A program made the position numbers and the translations under genes. A DNA stretch of 64,000 bases, taken from Convolutriloba macropyga. Taxonomy: Eukaryota. Shown here piece by piece: positions 14,272 through 27,060 of this stretch. The notes under the pieces were generated by a model, which had not been told where the DNA came from, ran no database searches, and was given only the letters and a program-made list of their open reading frames with translations. The stretch is taken from the NCBI RefSeq assembly GCF_964194025.1, contig NC_134477.1, positions 46,190,001-46,254,000 of the forward strand, read 5' to 3'. The first letter of the stretch is position 1. The number at the start of each line of letters is the position of its first letter.

Positions 14272-14575
14272 TGTAGCAGTGGAAATACTGAATGTGCACC
14301 TTCAACCAATCAGAGACTGAGAAGACACTATTCTCTTTTATATAGAGAGAACTGAACTAACTATAGTCAGTCTTTTAATTAGATACACCATGTGTATACC
14401 ATTGAATCCGGTGCTATACTTCTTAACTACCGTATTAATAGAAGTTTACTCTCAGTGTTTTTCAGAGTCGGTTAGTCTTAGAGATATAGGTAAGTCTACG
14501 TCGCGGGCACAAATAAGTAGCCCTAGATCTTTATACTTTAAGGCTGTAAAAGGAGCCCACATCGGGTCTGCCTTA
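14272..14575 (+). repeat. 5' LTR of env-bearing gypsy element
   Basis: TGTAGCAGTGG...CTGCCTTA. About 12 substitutions versus the 3' LTR by manual count. Contains TATA-like TTTTATATAG (about 14336) and AG|GTAAGT (14490). Confidence 0.95.
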
Positions 14576-14577
14576 AC

Positions 14578-14592
14578 TGGTGCGACCAGTGA
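14578..14592 (+). promoter_or_regulatory. Primer-binding site
   Basis: TGGTGCGACCAGTGA lies 2 nt after the LTR and begins with TGG, complementary to tRNA CCA. The cognate tRNA was not identified. Confidence 0.7.
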
Positions 14593-14771
14593 TATAACAA
14601 ACTCTAACCGTACAAAGAACTCACACAGAACACCCCTTTCTCTCTTGAGAAAGAAATCTAGAACCAGATTACATAGATTTTTAGTCTTTAAATACTTAAA
14701 ATTTAAGAAAAAAGGGGACACAATCCCAGCAAAACAAAAACAACTGATATTTAAACAACAATATAACCAAA

Positions 14772-15570
14772 ATGGATCACTATAATGATCAGCCCTTCTA
14801 CCACGTACAAACACACTGGGACGAAATACAACTAGCTGTTCTGACACAACAGAACAAACGCTTGACACGCGAAATTTTACCCTTTGAAGTTAAACACTAT
14901 CAACACCAAGATGAGCTAAACATACTCTTAAATGCAGCAAAACAGCTTAAATACCTCTATTTTGCAAAAGAACAACAACCTCACCTTTCTTTACCAGAAA
15001 AAGCATCACAGGTTTCACGAACCGCCTTTCTTTCATACTTAGTTGAAATTTACGGAACTCAACTCACAAAATGTTCAGTTCTTTTCCTTTGTGATCCACT
15101 CACAAATAGTTATATCTCGCTAACATACGATACTCTGTTTCACCCCTTATCAGACACACTTTTTGAATTCGTTAACGGAATAAGGTCTGAAATACAACCC
15201 CCAGACAGAGGAGGAATATTTAAAAAATCTTCATTCTAATTTCATAAACGCCTTCACCCGCACTTAATACTAATGCTTTCCACTCTCGAAATGAAAGCAT
15301 ACAGAAAATTGCCCGGCAGGAAATAAAAGGATTCACTCAACTTCTCAAAATAAACATAAGCTCTGTCACAGATGCAGACTTAAATGAGGAAGAGATTTTT
15401 GACTCTCTCACACTTTTATCTTGGTATATACACAGATTTTGGAAAAGTCTGGTAAGACACATTTTTCCAGCCACCAAACTAATAGCAGAAATTTATCCAC
15501 AAATAATCACTAAATTACAGGAAACACTTCATTATATATGACCCAAATTGGTTTCCACAAAATTTCGTAA
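14772..15570 (+). pseudogene. Unassigned ORF upstream of gag (frameshifted)
   Basis: ATG-initiated 155-aa ORF with globular-looking composition. Protein-like sequence continues in shifted frames (RKIARQEIKGFTQLLKINISS...SWYIHRFWKSLVRHIF). No motif recognised. Confidence 0.5.
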
Positions 15571-15579
15571 ACATCACGG

Positions 15580-17000
15580 AAATTCCCTCCGACACAGACA
15601 GAAATCCGTACATTTTAACACAGAACCCATCATTCTTAATAATTCAACTCAACCCACACAAGGGACTACTCAAAATACACAAATCACTCCACAACAATTA
15701 GTAAATATTGTTAGGCAAACAAATTCACAAAGTGCGCAATAAAGTACAAGCGCACCGACTCCTTATTATCTATAAGTGGCGTCTACACAAACGCCATCAC
15801 TTGTAGTTCGCAGGAGTACACAAATGAAGTACCCCTACTTAGGCGGCTCGGTGCCAATGCAACTTTCTTTAAGCACATTTGACGGTACTGACCCCACTTA
15901 CACTACAGGAGATTCTTTAAATGCTATCAGAGCAAATATGGTACAGACAGCAGGACCAGAGCAGACTGATTCACCATTTCATGAAGCCTGGATTTTGAAA
16001 CGAATTGCCATGATCTAAACGGCCCTAATAGGACAAGCACAACAATGGTATTCACTTTTTGACCTAGACATGAAAAAGAATCGGCAAGCATTTTGCCGTG
16101 AATTTCAGAAAACATTCGATATCCAACATTCGCAAACACACGCAAAATTATTACTAGAAAGCATAACACGTGCTTCTGGTGAACAAATTAAGACGCTAGC
16201 ACAAATGAATGACGCACTCGTCAAAGCACTTGATCCACAACTTGTTAGAAAAGCACTTAAAAAGATTGCTAATCACAAATCAACCGCATTGGAACCACAA
16301 CTTCCATTCGCACAACTTGCTGAAAAAATACAGCAGGAAGACATTACATTGACAGGCACAAACTAAATACAAAATCTACTTTTTCACCCTCAATTAATAA
16401 CCTCTCTCTTGAGATAGATAATCTCACCGTAGATGATATACACCAATGGAACAAGATATTGCCCACGGAACAAATGTAGTACAACACAAGTACTCAAACG
16501 ACCCTAATTTTTTGAAGGAAAACCACTCTTCCTAAAATTTTGCGAAAATTGTTCCCGTTCAGGACATAGTATTTCTACGTGCCCTGAGAAAAGGTATACA
16601 AAACCACTTGATAAACCCAATTTTTAAAAACAAACTTTCAATCAAGCAATGAAAGGTAATCGAGACCTTCCTAACAGACAATTTACATCGAATAATATGA
16701 CAAGTAAACCACTACTATTTTTATATCGCTCCCGTAGCAATAGCAGAGAAGATCGAAATCACTCAAGACACAGAAGTCCAAAAAAATTCTTACAAATTAA
16801 TTCAAAACCCTATTACGGAAATAGCCACTTCAAACCACCCCGGAGAAACGGTTCACCATACCCAACACCAAATTTACAAACTAATTCACAATAAAATTCT
16901 AGACCACAATCACCTCACTATAATCGAGACGGAAATCGCTCACGACAACAGTTCTCACAAAATCGACTTCGTATTGTTGGAAACTATATTAGTTCATTAC
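15580..17000 (+). pseudogene. gag: gag (disrupted)
   Basis: Capsid-like segment (LSTFDGTDP...ALIGQAQQWYS...FCREFQKTF) and a perfect CX2CX4HX4C knuckle CENCSRSGHSISTC at 16541-16582, followed by an R/S-rich tail. Confidence 0.8.
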
Positions 17001-17026
17001 TAGAGCAAGAACAATCAGACAACACT

Positions 17027-20000
17027 ATGTCAAATACCGAAAATACACACACTACAAATGTCTCCGAGGAAACACTCCTCGAACAACTATTTAATGATTT
17101 ACTTTTAGAATTAAATGAAGACACACAAGATGAATATTTCAATTGCCATGAAGAATGTAATAATCTCACAGAAAAATACATTCTCTCTACCTCCTGTAAA
17201 AATAATATATGGGTACTACCACTCTTAATCTATACTCAAAAAAAACTTGATCATAAGAAAACAATCTCCCCACCACATCTAGAAATAGATTTTCTACTAG
17301 ACTCCGGTGCAACACTTAATGTATTGAATACTGACACTTGGAATGAAATCAAAGACTACCACAAATTACAGCTGGAAGCATCAACATTTGTTCTCTCAGC
17401 AGCAAATAGTTCTAAATTACAGTCAAAAGGTACAGTAAAACTTACACTCTACCCAGTTGTAACTGAGAGTCCAACTCTCAAAAATACTTCGTTTACACTC
17501 ATTTTTTATGCATTAAATACCAAATTTAATATTCTAGGTACACTTTTCCTTGAAAAATACGTAGATTCAATTAAATGTTCATCTCATACACTTGAGCTCA
17601 AACATAAAAATGATGTAAAGTCACTAAAATTCCACGATTCATCAATTTAACCACCCCTTATTATTCATGCTTATTTCCACTAATTGGAGATCACTCAGTA
17701 ATTTTTACACCATCTGAACACCGTATTTTAACGTATTGGTTAATCGCATATGAATGTAAAAATAAAAAAGCAAGCGGTACCATCCTCTATGCATCTGATT
17801 TCTCATTTACATCACTACGCAAAAATATGTTTTTCTCTATAATGGATATAAACAATCTCGAATATCCCTATCAATCATTTATTCAAATTTTAATACGAAA
17901 TCTTTTGAATCACCCATTAACACTCGTAAATGGAATAATTGGATATGCACTAAATGATGTATCACTCAACAACTACCAAACCATAAAAAATTGCATAAAA
18001 GAACTAACATAATTCATGGATGCTTATACTTTAAATTACCTCACTCAAGGTACGTCAGAAACACTTAAAAAACTTTATTGCTTAAATCTTAGTAAGCAAA
18101 AAGAGCGCGAATATAAATCACAACAGAAAAAATTCACTATACCCTTTGATGTCTCAAAATTCACCAAAACGGGTAAAGCATTTCTCACCATGTTTAATTT
18201 TGAACAAACACAATTAACACAAACACAATTTGAAAAATTGGCACCATTTCTCAAACAATTTCAAAAGTGTTATGCAACTTCCAAGTTCGATATTGGAAAA
18301 ACTAAAATAGAACTAAATCTTCTTCTCAAAGCAACAGCTATCTTTAAAAAAACAAAGAGCTATTCGTTTTCCACTCCAATTACAAGATAGAGTACAACAT
18401 TTACTCGACATCTTAACACACTTTGATATTATAGCACCCGTGAATACAGATTCTGAATCTGTATTCGTGAATCATAGCACCCGTGAATCACCGGAAATAC
18501 ATTCATTAACCCAGTAATCATCCTTAAAATGAGAATCCTTAAAAATTGTCCTAGACGCCCGTCAATTAAACACAATGATTGACAAAACAAAATGTAGTTG
18601 GCCCATAGAACCAATTCAGATTTTTCTAACACGGATTTACGGACCAATTTTCTCTATAGCTGATATGAACAGTGCATACAGTCAAATGCCACTTGATAAA
18701 CCATCAGAAAGACTCACAAATTTTGTGATTGCTGGACAACAATACTGTTTTTAACGCCTATTCTATGGTATTTCTATTGGCCCAGCAGCTTTTTCATCCT
18801 TCATGAGAAGTATTTTTAAACCACCAGTTAGAAAAAACAACATAATCACTTATCTGGATGACATTTTCATCCAAGACAAAACAACAGACACAATGTTGCA
18901 AACAATTACTCAATATCACACTACTTTAGAGAATGAAAACCTCAAAGCGCTCCGGACAAATCGTTATTTTTCTTAGACTCAGTTAATTTTTTAGGACACC
19001 AAATTCAAAATAATCACATACACCCACTCAAATCAAAAATAGACGGATTTTTAAAACTACAACCACCCAAGAATAAAAAATAATTTCAAAATTATGTCGA
19101 ATTTCTCACCTTTATTTCAAAATATATATACAACCTAAAAGTCATTCTTCGACTTTTTTTTATCTCCAACTCAGAGATACAGCAGATTTTAAATGGACTC
19201 CTGAATTACAACAAACACAAAGAGTCAAGAACGAACTTGCGGACGGAACACTCCGCCTCGCAATTCCGAATTCAGAAAAACCTTTCTATATTCTTTGCGA
19301 TGCCTCTAACTGTGGCATTGGAGCAGCACTCCTCCAAAAAAAATGAATTTGAAAAAATGGAGCTAGTGCCGGCAAACTCTCGTCTATTTTCAACCACAGA
19401 ACTTAGATTATCAACCATTCTTCGCGAATGTTCAGCCATCATATATGCACTTTCAGAATTTGAAGTCCTTATTCAAGGATCTAAACACCCAATAATATTA
19501 TACACTGACCATATACCAATTTTATTCTTAATCATACCAAAGAATCAAAAGAATAAACCAAATCACAGAGTTTACAAATTTCATTTAATACTAATGAAAT
19601 TTCCAAAACTACAAATAGTTTGGACGGAAAGAAAAAATCTTTCACTTCCAGATCTACTAAGTCGCTCACTGACAACAACAACACAAGACGAACACCATCA
19701 TCGCACAGTCGAAATACCAGATTCTCTTAATTTCTTTATGACGCACAATCAAAAAACACAACCTATACAGTGTCACTACGCAGTATCAAAAGAATACATT
19801 AACACGATATCTACAGACACTCATGTAGAATCACTTTCCAATCTACTTACAGGTTGAAGATAATTATTTGAAAGTACAAATAGAAAATGATCTTTATCCC
19901 CCAGTCTCACATTATGAATTTAAAACCAAAGCACAGACCTTAGAGAATATGCACCAACAGAAACTACAACAGTTTAAAAATAATTACCCTCTCCTAGAAA

Positions 20001-21738
20001 ATTATCCTATTATACAACACAGAGATGTCACACTAAACACAAACAAGACAGAACCTTTCATACAATTCAACCACAACGCAAATTACGCTGAATTAATATA
20101 TAGTATAACACTTCCAATCCCAGCAATGGACGACTTTATACCAAAGTCCCCAACCCTTTACAATTACATCTACGAGGAACGAACTGAAATAAATGATACA
20201 CTCCTCTATCAAACACAACAACAAGACCCTGTTCTAAGACAACATCTACTTTGGAAACACTACAAAAATTTCCCCCCAACCTCTTCACTAACTATACGAG
20301 CAAAAGAGGATTACTACATTATTATCGACGTTTTCAAAATCTAAGCATTAACGAAGACAATAATCTCCTGTATTACATACAAGAAACAACGTCACCAAAA
20401 ATGTGCCTACCACTCTTCTCCTAGTTTTTTTTTATAAAGCACACTCTCATGATCTTTCAGGACACCCTGGTCGTGAAAAAGACACGCAACAATCAAGGAA
20501 AACTATTTTTTCCAATCATTAATACATGAATAGCAATACTTACACAAGATTGCTTAAGTTGCCAAACTAGCAAATCGATGCCAAATCTCTTAATGGCATC
20601 ACAACAGCCATTCATTGAAGTTTCACCATACTTCAATCAACGTATTTCAATGGATACAAAAGGTCCAATCTCACCGCCTTCTGACGGAAACTCTTACTTC
20701 TATGTTATTGTAGACGCATTTACGCATTATGTTATACTCCACCCTTCTCCCAAAAATGATGCCACTAATGCACTCACAATTTTATTTGACCACTCGATTG
20801 TTAAATTCGGCATTTCAGATATTTTGGTGACAGATAACGGAAATGAATACATTAAGGGAGAATTCACGCATTTCTGCCGTACACATAATGTACAATTCAA
20901 ACCACGTACGCCATACGCACCGTGGTCTAATGGACGGACACGTTGAAAACAGTAATCGCCAAAAAAACACATTTCCCCGTACAGTCTTAGACTCACAATA
21001 TGACACGTGGTCACGCAAAGTGAAAGTTTTTTCGTTTGCATTCAATTCACAGGTCAGGACAAATTTGAACCTTCTACCATATGAACTTGTATTTGGTCAA
21101 AAACCAAAGAAACCTATAATGTTCAACCTATTTTCCACTACAGATAGCTTAGGAAACTGTAAACCTACAGACAATTCACCTTGTAATTCATTCCCTGATC
21201 ATACACATAGTGAACACTTAGGCCATCACCCACAAATTAAAAAGTTACAGAAAGGAACCTTTGCACACTGATTTCTTAATCGTGAAAAGATGCACTCGGA
21301 AATTTATAACGAAGTACATAATTATTTAAACCAAAATAAACATTTACGCACATTTATAAATCGCCGCTTTGGAATGGCACAAACACTCAAAATAAACACT
21401 TATGTTTTAGTCGTAAATAAAACCACACAAATCGGAGTATCAAAAAAATCCAACCACAAAAAATTGGACGTTATAAAATAAAAGATACTCCCACATTGGT
21501 CACGTATAAATTAGAAGATATCTCTGGCAAGCAAATCACCCGTCATAGAAGTAATATAGTACCATATTATCCCAAAGAACTCTTCGTTCAAGAGCAAATG
21601 GAGAAATACTTCTCGGATAGTTCACTTTTAAAACTCCATCCAAAAAAGCCACCACTTACCAAGTCGAAGACTGTCTCGTTCAGTCTAGACAATTTAAAAG
21701 TACCATCCACAGATGACCTTCCCCCAACTACCTTGTAA
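17027..21738 (+). pseudogene. pol: pol: protease, RT, RNase H, integrase (disrupted)
   Basis: Protease FLLDSGAT (about 17290). RT FSIADMNSAYSQ and YLDD (18851-18862). RNase H ILCDAS...LYTDH...PDLLSR. Integrase GHPGREK/CLSC, SMDTKGP, VTDNG, PWSNG. Confidence 0.93.
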
Positions 21739-21814
21739 CCCGTCTGAAATACCCGAACACACTTCGGAAAACTACACTACAAGAAACAGTCGTCTTCACG
21801 AACAACGCACACTT

Positions 21815-22071
21815 AAAATTTCGGCTTCAGGAACAACGCACATTTAAAAGCATTCACACTTCACTAATAGAACACACGTTAGATCAATCTTCTCGCTTTA
21901 TATAGCCAAATACAAGCTAGCATAACACGCTAAATATTTAAATCAAAAATTTCGGCTCCACAAACAACGCACACTTAAAAGCATTCACACTTCACTAATA
22001 GAACACACGTTAGATCACCCTTCTCGCTTTATATAGCCGAATACAAGCTAGCACAACACGCTAGATATTTA
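21815..22071. repeat. Two about 131-bp direct repeats downstream of pol
   Basis: AAAATTTCGGCT...AACAACGCAC...GCATTCACACTTCACTAATAGAACACACGTTAGATC occurs at about 21815 and 21946. Confidence 0.9.
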
Positions 22072-22714
22072 CTAAAAATATTCACGATAAAAATACAATC
22101 CCCTCGTTCTCTTATACGAGAGGGATATTTCGAATAGTTCCTTCACCCCTCTCCCCCGTAATACATTACTTTCAATAGGAAAATTAATCAAACCTCTTAG
22201 CCCAGTAAACAAAGCACACGGACTTTCTCTTCACCAGCTTCCCTAGCAGAACCACAAAAACCCTCATTCAGGAAAAGAAAAAAAGGGAATTACAGGCCCT
22301 TCCCCACGATAATAATAAAAAGGAAAATAACTAAAAATTAAGTTAATAACCGACCTACAGCTCGGTCCGGGAAAAATTCCCCAATCTCATTTATTTGCCA
22401 AGATATTACTCGGTAATTTTTTGCACCCCACTAAAATGTCGTGGTCAGGCAAAATCATATCGTCTAAAATCACTTTTCAGTCCACCACTCTTGAAACTTA
22501 GTTGCTCCTCTCTTCTCTCTTATTCTTTCAACAATATTCAATAATCTACTACTGAACTTCTCTTCTTCACTCTTTTAAATTTTAAGTTAGAAAATCTCTC
22601 ACTTTTGTAAGTAATTTTTATTTCTCACTTCTTCTCTCTCTATCAAGAAAAAACTGTCTCACAGTACAGTTCTTTAGCTCTTCTAAACTTTAATTTCCTT
22701 GACTTCACTTACAG

Positions 22715-24470
22715 CTCACAGAAAGCTCTCAAAAATCTGAGCAGGGAAGCAACAACGACTACAACACTCAAATCATAACTTTCAGTCTCACAGTACTGAA
22801 AGCATCCTTTTCGACAGATTTTTAACAGGTATGCACATAACTTCTCAACACAGACTAGAAGTACTATTTAAAAGAACACCCTACGCTGATACTTTAAGAT
22901 GTATCCAAAATTTTAAACCTAGACAGGTCCGTTTTCAGGATATTTTGTATAACCCTGATCACATTCTATATTCGCATACTTGTTCTGAATGGGGTTTTAC
23001 ATTACAGATTTTAATAACGAACACATTTCTATTATAACGAAACTTTCTATCTTCCTATTTTTTCCACCATAAGCTACGCCAAAACTCTCTGAAATTCTAT
23101 ATACAGATATTGTCTGCACTGTTAATCTCGACGCTATCCCAGCCTCATATGATATTAAATACATTAAGGAACTCCTAAGATTGGATGAACAATACCAACA
23201 AATTGTCAAACAACAACAAATCAACAAATGAAATTACATATCCGCACGTTATTTTTTTCTTTGAACGAAAAGAATACCTAATTGCTGAAATCTTAACAGT
23301 TGTTCTGCTGATTTTTTAGATCTCATCTATCTCCATAATTTCATCCCACCAAAATCACCCTGCGCAGCAATCCAAGTAAGTATACCCACTATAAATCTCT
23401 TAATAATTGTTATACCCACATCTACTGATTATAAAATCTATTATTGCGATAATTGCCCCAATCTGGGCCAAAGATTATCGTCACAATTGCGTCCTCTAAT
23501 CAACAATCAAACACTAACCCAAGTGCTCCCCCCGTCTCAGAATCGCCTAGTTGCTCATGCAGCGAAGCAACTAAACAATCAACAGCCAAAAAGTCATCAT
23601 ATAAACTCTTTAATAAAAAACCACAAACACAAGAAACCGAGGAGCCCTCATACTCAGTCATTACTACTGCCAAATCTACAGATAGACCTCGTCCTACTGG
23701 ACACTCCCCCCACTTTTCCCCACAGTCGGTAATCCCATATCCCCCATCAAAGTCAAACGCAAATACACCAAACGCAAGCACAACAACAACAACAACAAAT
23801 AACTGCACAAACTTTATTGCCATACACTGGTTTTCTTCCAAATACGACACTCCCACCACCCACACTTATACCAGCTCCTCCACGAGCACCACAGCCTGAA
23901 TTACTAAATTATTCAAACATTCCACAGTTCTCCACTCAACCAATAAATTTTGCAAACACTGATAAAACTAGTAGCTCAGATTTGCCACAGCCAATTCAAA
24001 CTGTCTCAAATATTCACGATACCCCACATGCTTTTAGCCTACTTTCTGACACTTCTAACTCTGATCCAATTAGTTCTCATTTTTCTTCACCGACTGCATC
24101 ACAAAATGCGAATAATCCTTTTAATTCGCCACAAGGACAAATAACTAATTTTGAATGTTTGTTATCACAAGCACACTGGAACCACTCTTTTAATTTTTCA
24201 ATTCATCACCTTCTTTCAAAACTCGCAGCCACCCAGTTTTCCGGGTACACCACTCATTATCACTTTAAGCTCAAATTCACCGACACCAGATCCGGAACAA
24301 CATTCTCATCACTGTATTGGGAAACAACCCGACACAATACGAACTTATCCAACTCTACCATTTAAATTAGATCCTAAATTTATTGTTCCCCCACCCGCCC
24401 TCTTTGGAGACAATAATAACGGAGAACAATTACATAATTGGGCTAAACAAAAAATCTCTAAATCATAACA
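22715..24470 (+). pseudogene. Unassigned ORF remnants between pol and env (globular segment, then Pro/Ser/Thr-rich segment)
   Basis: Overlapping plus-strand ORFs 22831-23037, 23453-23899, 23817-24365 and 24151-24468 are joinable by frameshifts. No motif recognised. Confidence 0.45.
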
Positions 24471-24479
24471 TTTCCACAC

Positions 24480-26750
24480 CTAAAACAGGCATACCAGATG
24501 TTGTCGTCACGCATTATGACTGTTCACCAAAGCATATCACAAATATGCAGTATTATAAACTCAATAAAATTGGCGAGTGTAAAATTAATCCGGCCGACTT
24601 CAAAATCCTCGCCGCCCAAGTACAAATTTTTCACAAATCCGAACACTACAAGTAGCCGCTTACGCCGTACACGCTAAACTTAGTGATAAGGAAAGCTTTT
24701 GTCACAAAATTGCACTCAAAAGTGGTTTTCGGTTTGATCACGATAATTGGAATGTTAATAAAATGGAACGAACTTTCTTTCAAACAGAAACTGAAGGTCG
24801 TCGAGAACTTGCACGAGTTGGTCTAATAAGTAAAACCCAATATCGCCCTCTAATGATACAATTCGACGTAATAGACGACCCCCGCTGGCAAGCTAATATA
24901 GAAGAAAAACATGTCCGTTTTTGTTTAGATCGTTATAGACCCTTTTCTTTCCAACACGGAGGCATCTTTTATAACCCACGTGATACTAATTGGATTCCTA
25001 ACGCCACAAATAATCCCTGGGCTAACTGTCCCGGTAAAAACGCAGAACACGAATATCATGTCATCCACACACTAGGAGGGTCATTTCAATTAAATAACAT
25101 CACTCACACCTGTGATTTTACCTCAGAACACATGTACTATGGCAAAATTCGCAGTAAGTGTGATCTAGAACGAGGTCACTGCCCTCCAAATCACGCTATT
25201 AAAGCCACAGTAATTTGGGAACCCGAACACCACTGCCGTATTTTTGATGTTGGAAGATCACATGCACGTATGATTAAATTTCAAAAAAGATACTTCATTG
25301 AAACACTCGAAAATAATGAAACTAATTCTGGTCATAAACACAATGCACACATGTATTGAAGTCGCTTTCAAAAACACCTTTGCGATGAATCCTCACTTTC
25401 TCGTTTTGAGGTTCTCACAAAACACCTCTACAAATGTAATGAAGACCACCCATATTACGCCACTCAATATCAAGACATTTTTATACAATAAAAAGAAGGT
25501 TTTAATTTTGTCTCAGGAAAACCGTCACCCGACTTTGATATTACACACATTACAGTCCCTGACGGACCACCCTCTTTAACACCTTACACAAAAGCAAATA
25601 TCCGTGATGGATATTTTATTCCTCAAGAGTCACAATTATATCACAAATCAAAAAATTACGAGTTAATTAGAAAACAAAATTGGTTTGGCGCTGTTCACCT
25701 TGATGTCCAAATTGATGCAAAACATGATTACATCATCAGTCGAGTCTTGCTCGGAATGGATCAAACAAGTTTGAACATTTATAAGAAACTCTGCGACTTA
25801 GACCCGACTTGAACAAACCGCTTTCATTTTACTCACACAGAAATTTTCTTTGGTTGGTTATATAATTACAGGACAGCGACACACATTCGCTACACTTAGA
25901 AGTCAAAATATAATTTCACTCTTTCAATGTAAAGTTGTTTCATCACCCCTTTATGTATTAGAAAACCATTGCTTCGAACGTACTCCTATATATTATCAAA
26001 AAAAATTACAATTTGTAGGCCAAGTCACCCGAAAGACCTTCCCCTGGTCTAAAAAAGCATCGTGTAAATCTAAAAAGTTTGATCAACAAATCTCACTCGA
26101 CGCAGACGGCGATGACACATATCGCTTAACACCCTATGCAATTAAGGCGCGAAATTGCGTTAAAACTTTTACGCCTGACGAAGTTGAAAACCGCTTCACC
26201 CACGCTGATTTTACCGCGCAACAACTTGAATTTACCGTCAACACGACTGGACTAAATCAATAGATAAGAAGAAATTTAATCAATTAGTTGATGACGCGGC
26301 TGAAAAATTTGATGTAGCACGCGCAGTAAAATTTGCAGATATTGCAAAACAAGCACAATTACAAGCACAATTCTCACAATTACACATAGAATATAATGAT
26401 TAGTTTAACAAACTCTTTATTAACGGCAAAGAATTAACCCTCCGCCGACTCGATTGGCGTGACTTGATTTTTTACAGTGTCTTTAATTTTTAATTTTAGT
26501 GTGTTTTTAATTTTTTACAGTGTCTTTTTTGCCTATTTTGTAGTGCATTTAACACGTATAATCTAAAAAAACTTTTAGGACCCAACATCACATTGGCTAA
26601 AATTATAACCTCCGGATTTTTTGGAGTATTTTCACAAACAATATTCCATGTGCTACAATCCGATTCCACGCAATATAAACCACCATCACCTAAGAACGAC
26701 GTAGACACTCAATTGACAGTTGCACTCCACACTCTCAACATGAATTGAAT
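24480..26750 (+). pseudogene. env: env-like glycoprotein resembling class III (chuvirus G / herpes gB-type) fusogens, disrupted
   Basis: Ordered motifs: VVTHYDCSPKHITNMQYYKLNKIGEC (YDC at 24515-24523); VQIF..QIRTLQV; CDLERGHC...VIWEPEHHC; KCNEDHPYYATQYQDIFI; IDAKHDY...IYKKLCDL (helical); IISLFQCKVV...CFERTPI...FVGQVTRK...ASC; hydrophobic segment at about 26460-26640. Confidence 0.75.
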
Positions 26751-27060
26751 TTATTAAACAAAAAATTCGAAAATTTCTATAAGAAATTCTCGTCTCTTGT
26801 GCAAAATAACTCAAATAAATGATATACATCCACTCTTCCAGCCTCTATTTATCAATGCTATGAAACACCAATTGATTCTTGTACGAAACCAGACTTTCAA
26901 TCTCTACACCTACACACCTTTCAACCTAATAAGCGTAAACGCTCACGTGTAATTTCTCTTTCACGCGACTCTCTTGACAAAGATCCTGACTATCAGGAAA
27001 TTCCAGAGGAACTTTTCCTTAACCTCCCAAGTTCTCGTCTTTAACACCTTTTTGTTTTAG

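Noticed and set aside
14390-14868. ORFs overlapping the LTR (also 29603-29883)
   Set aside because: Their similarity simply reflects LTR duplication, and they diverge at the LTR boundary.
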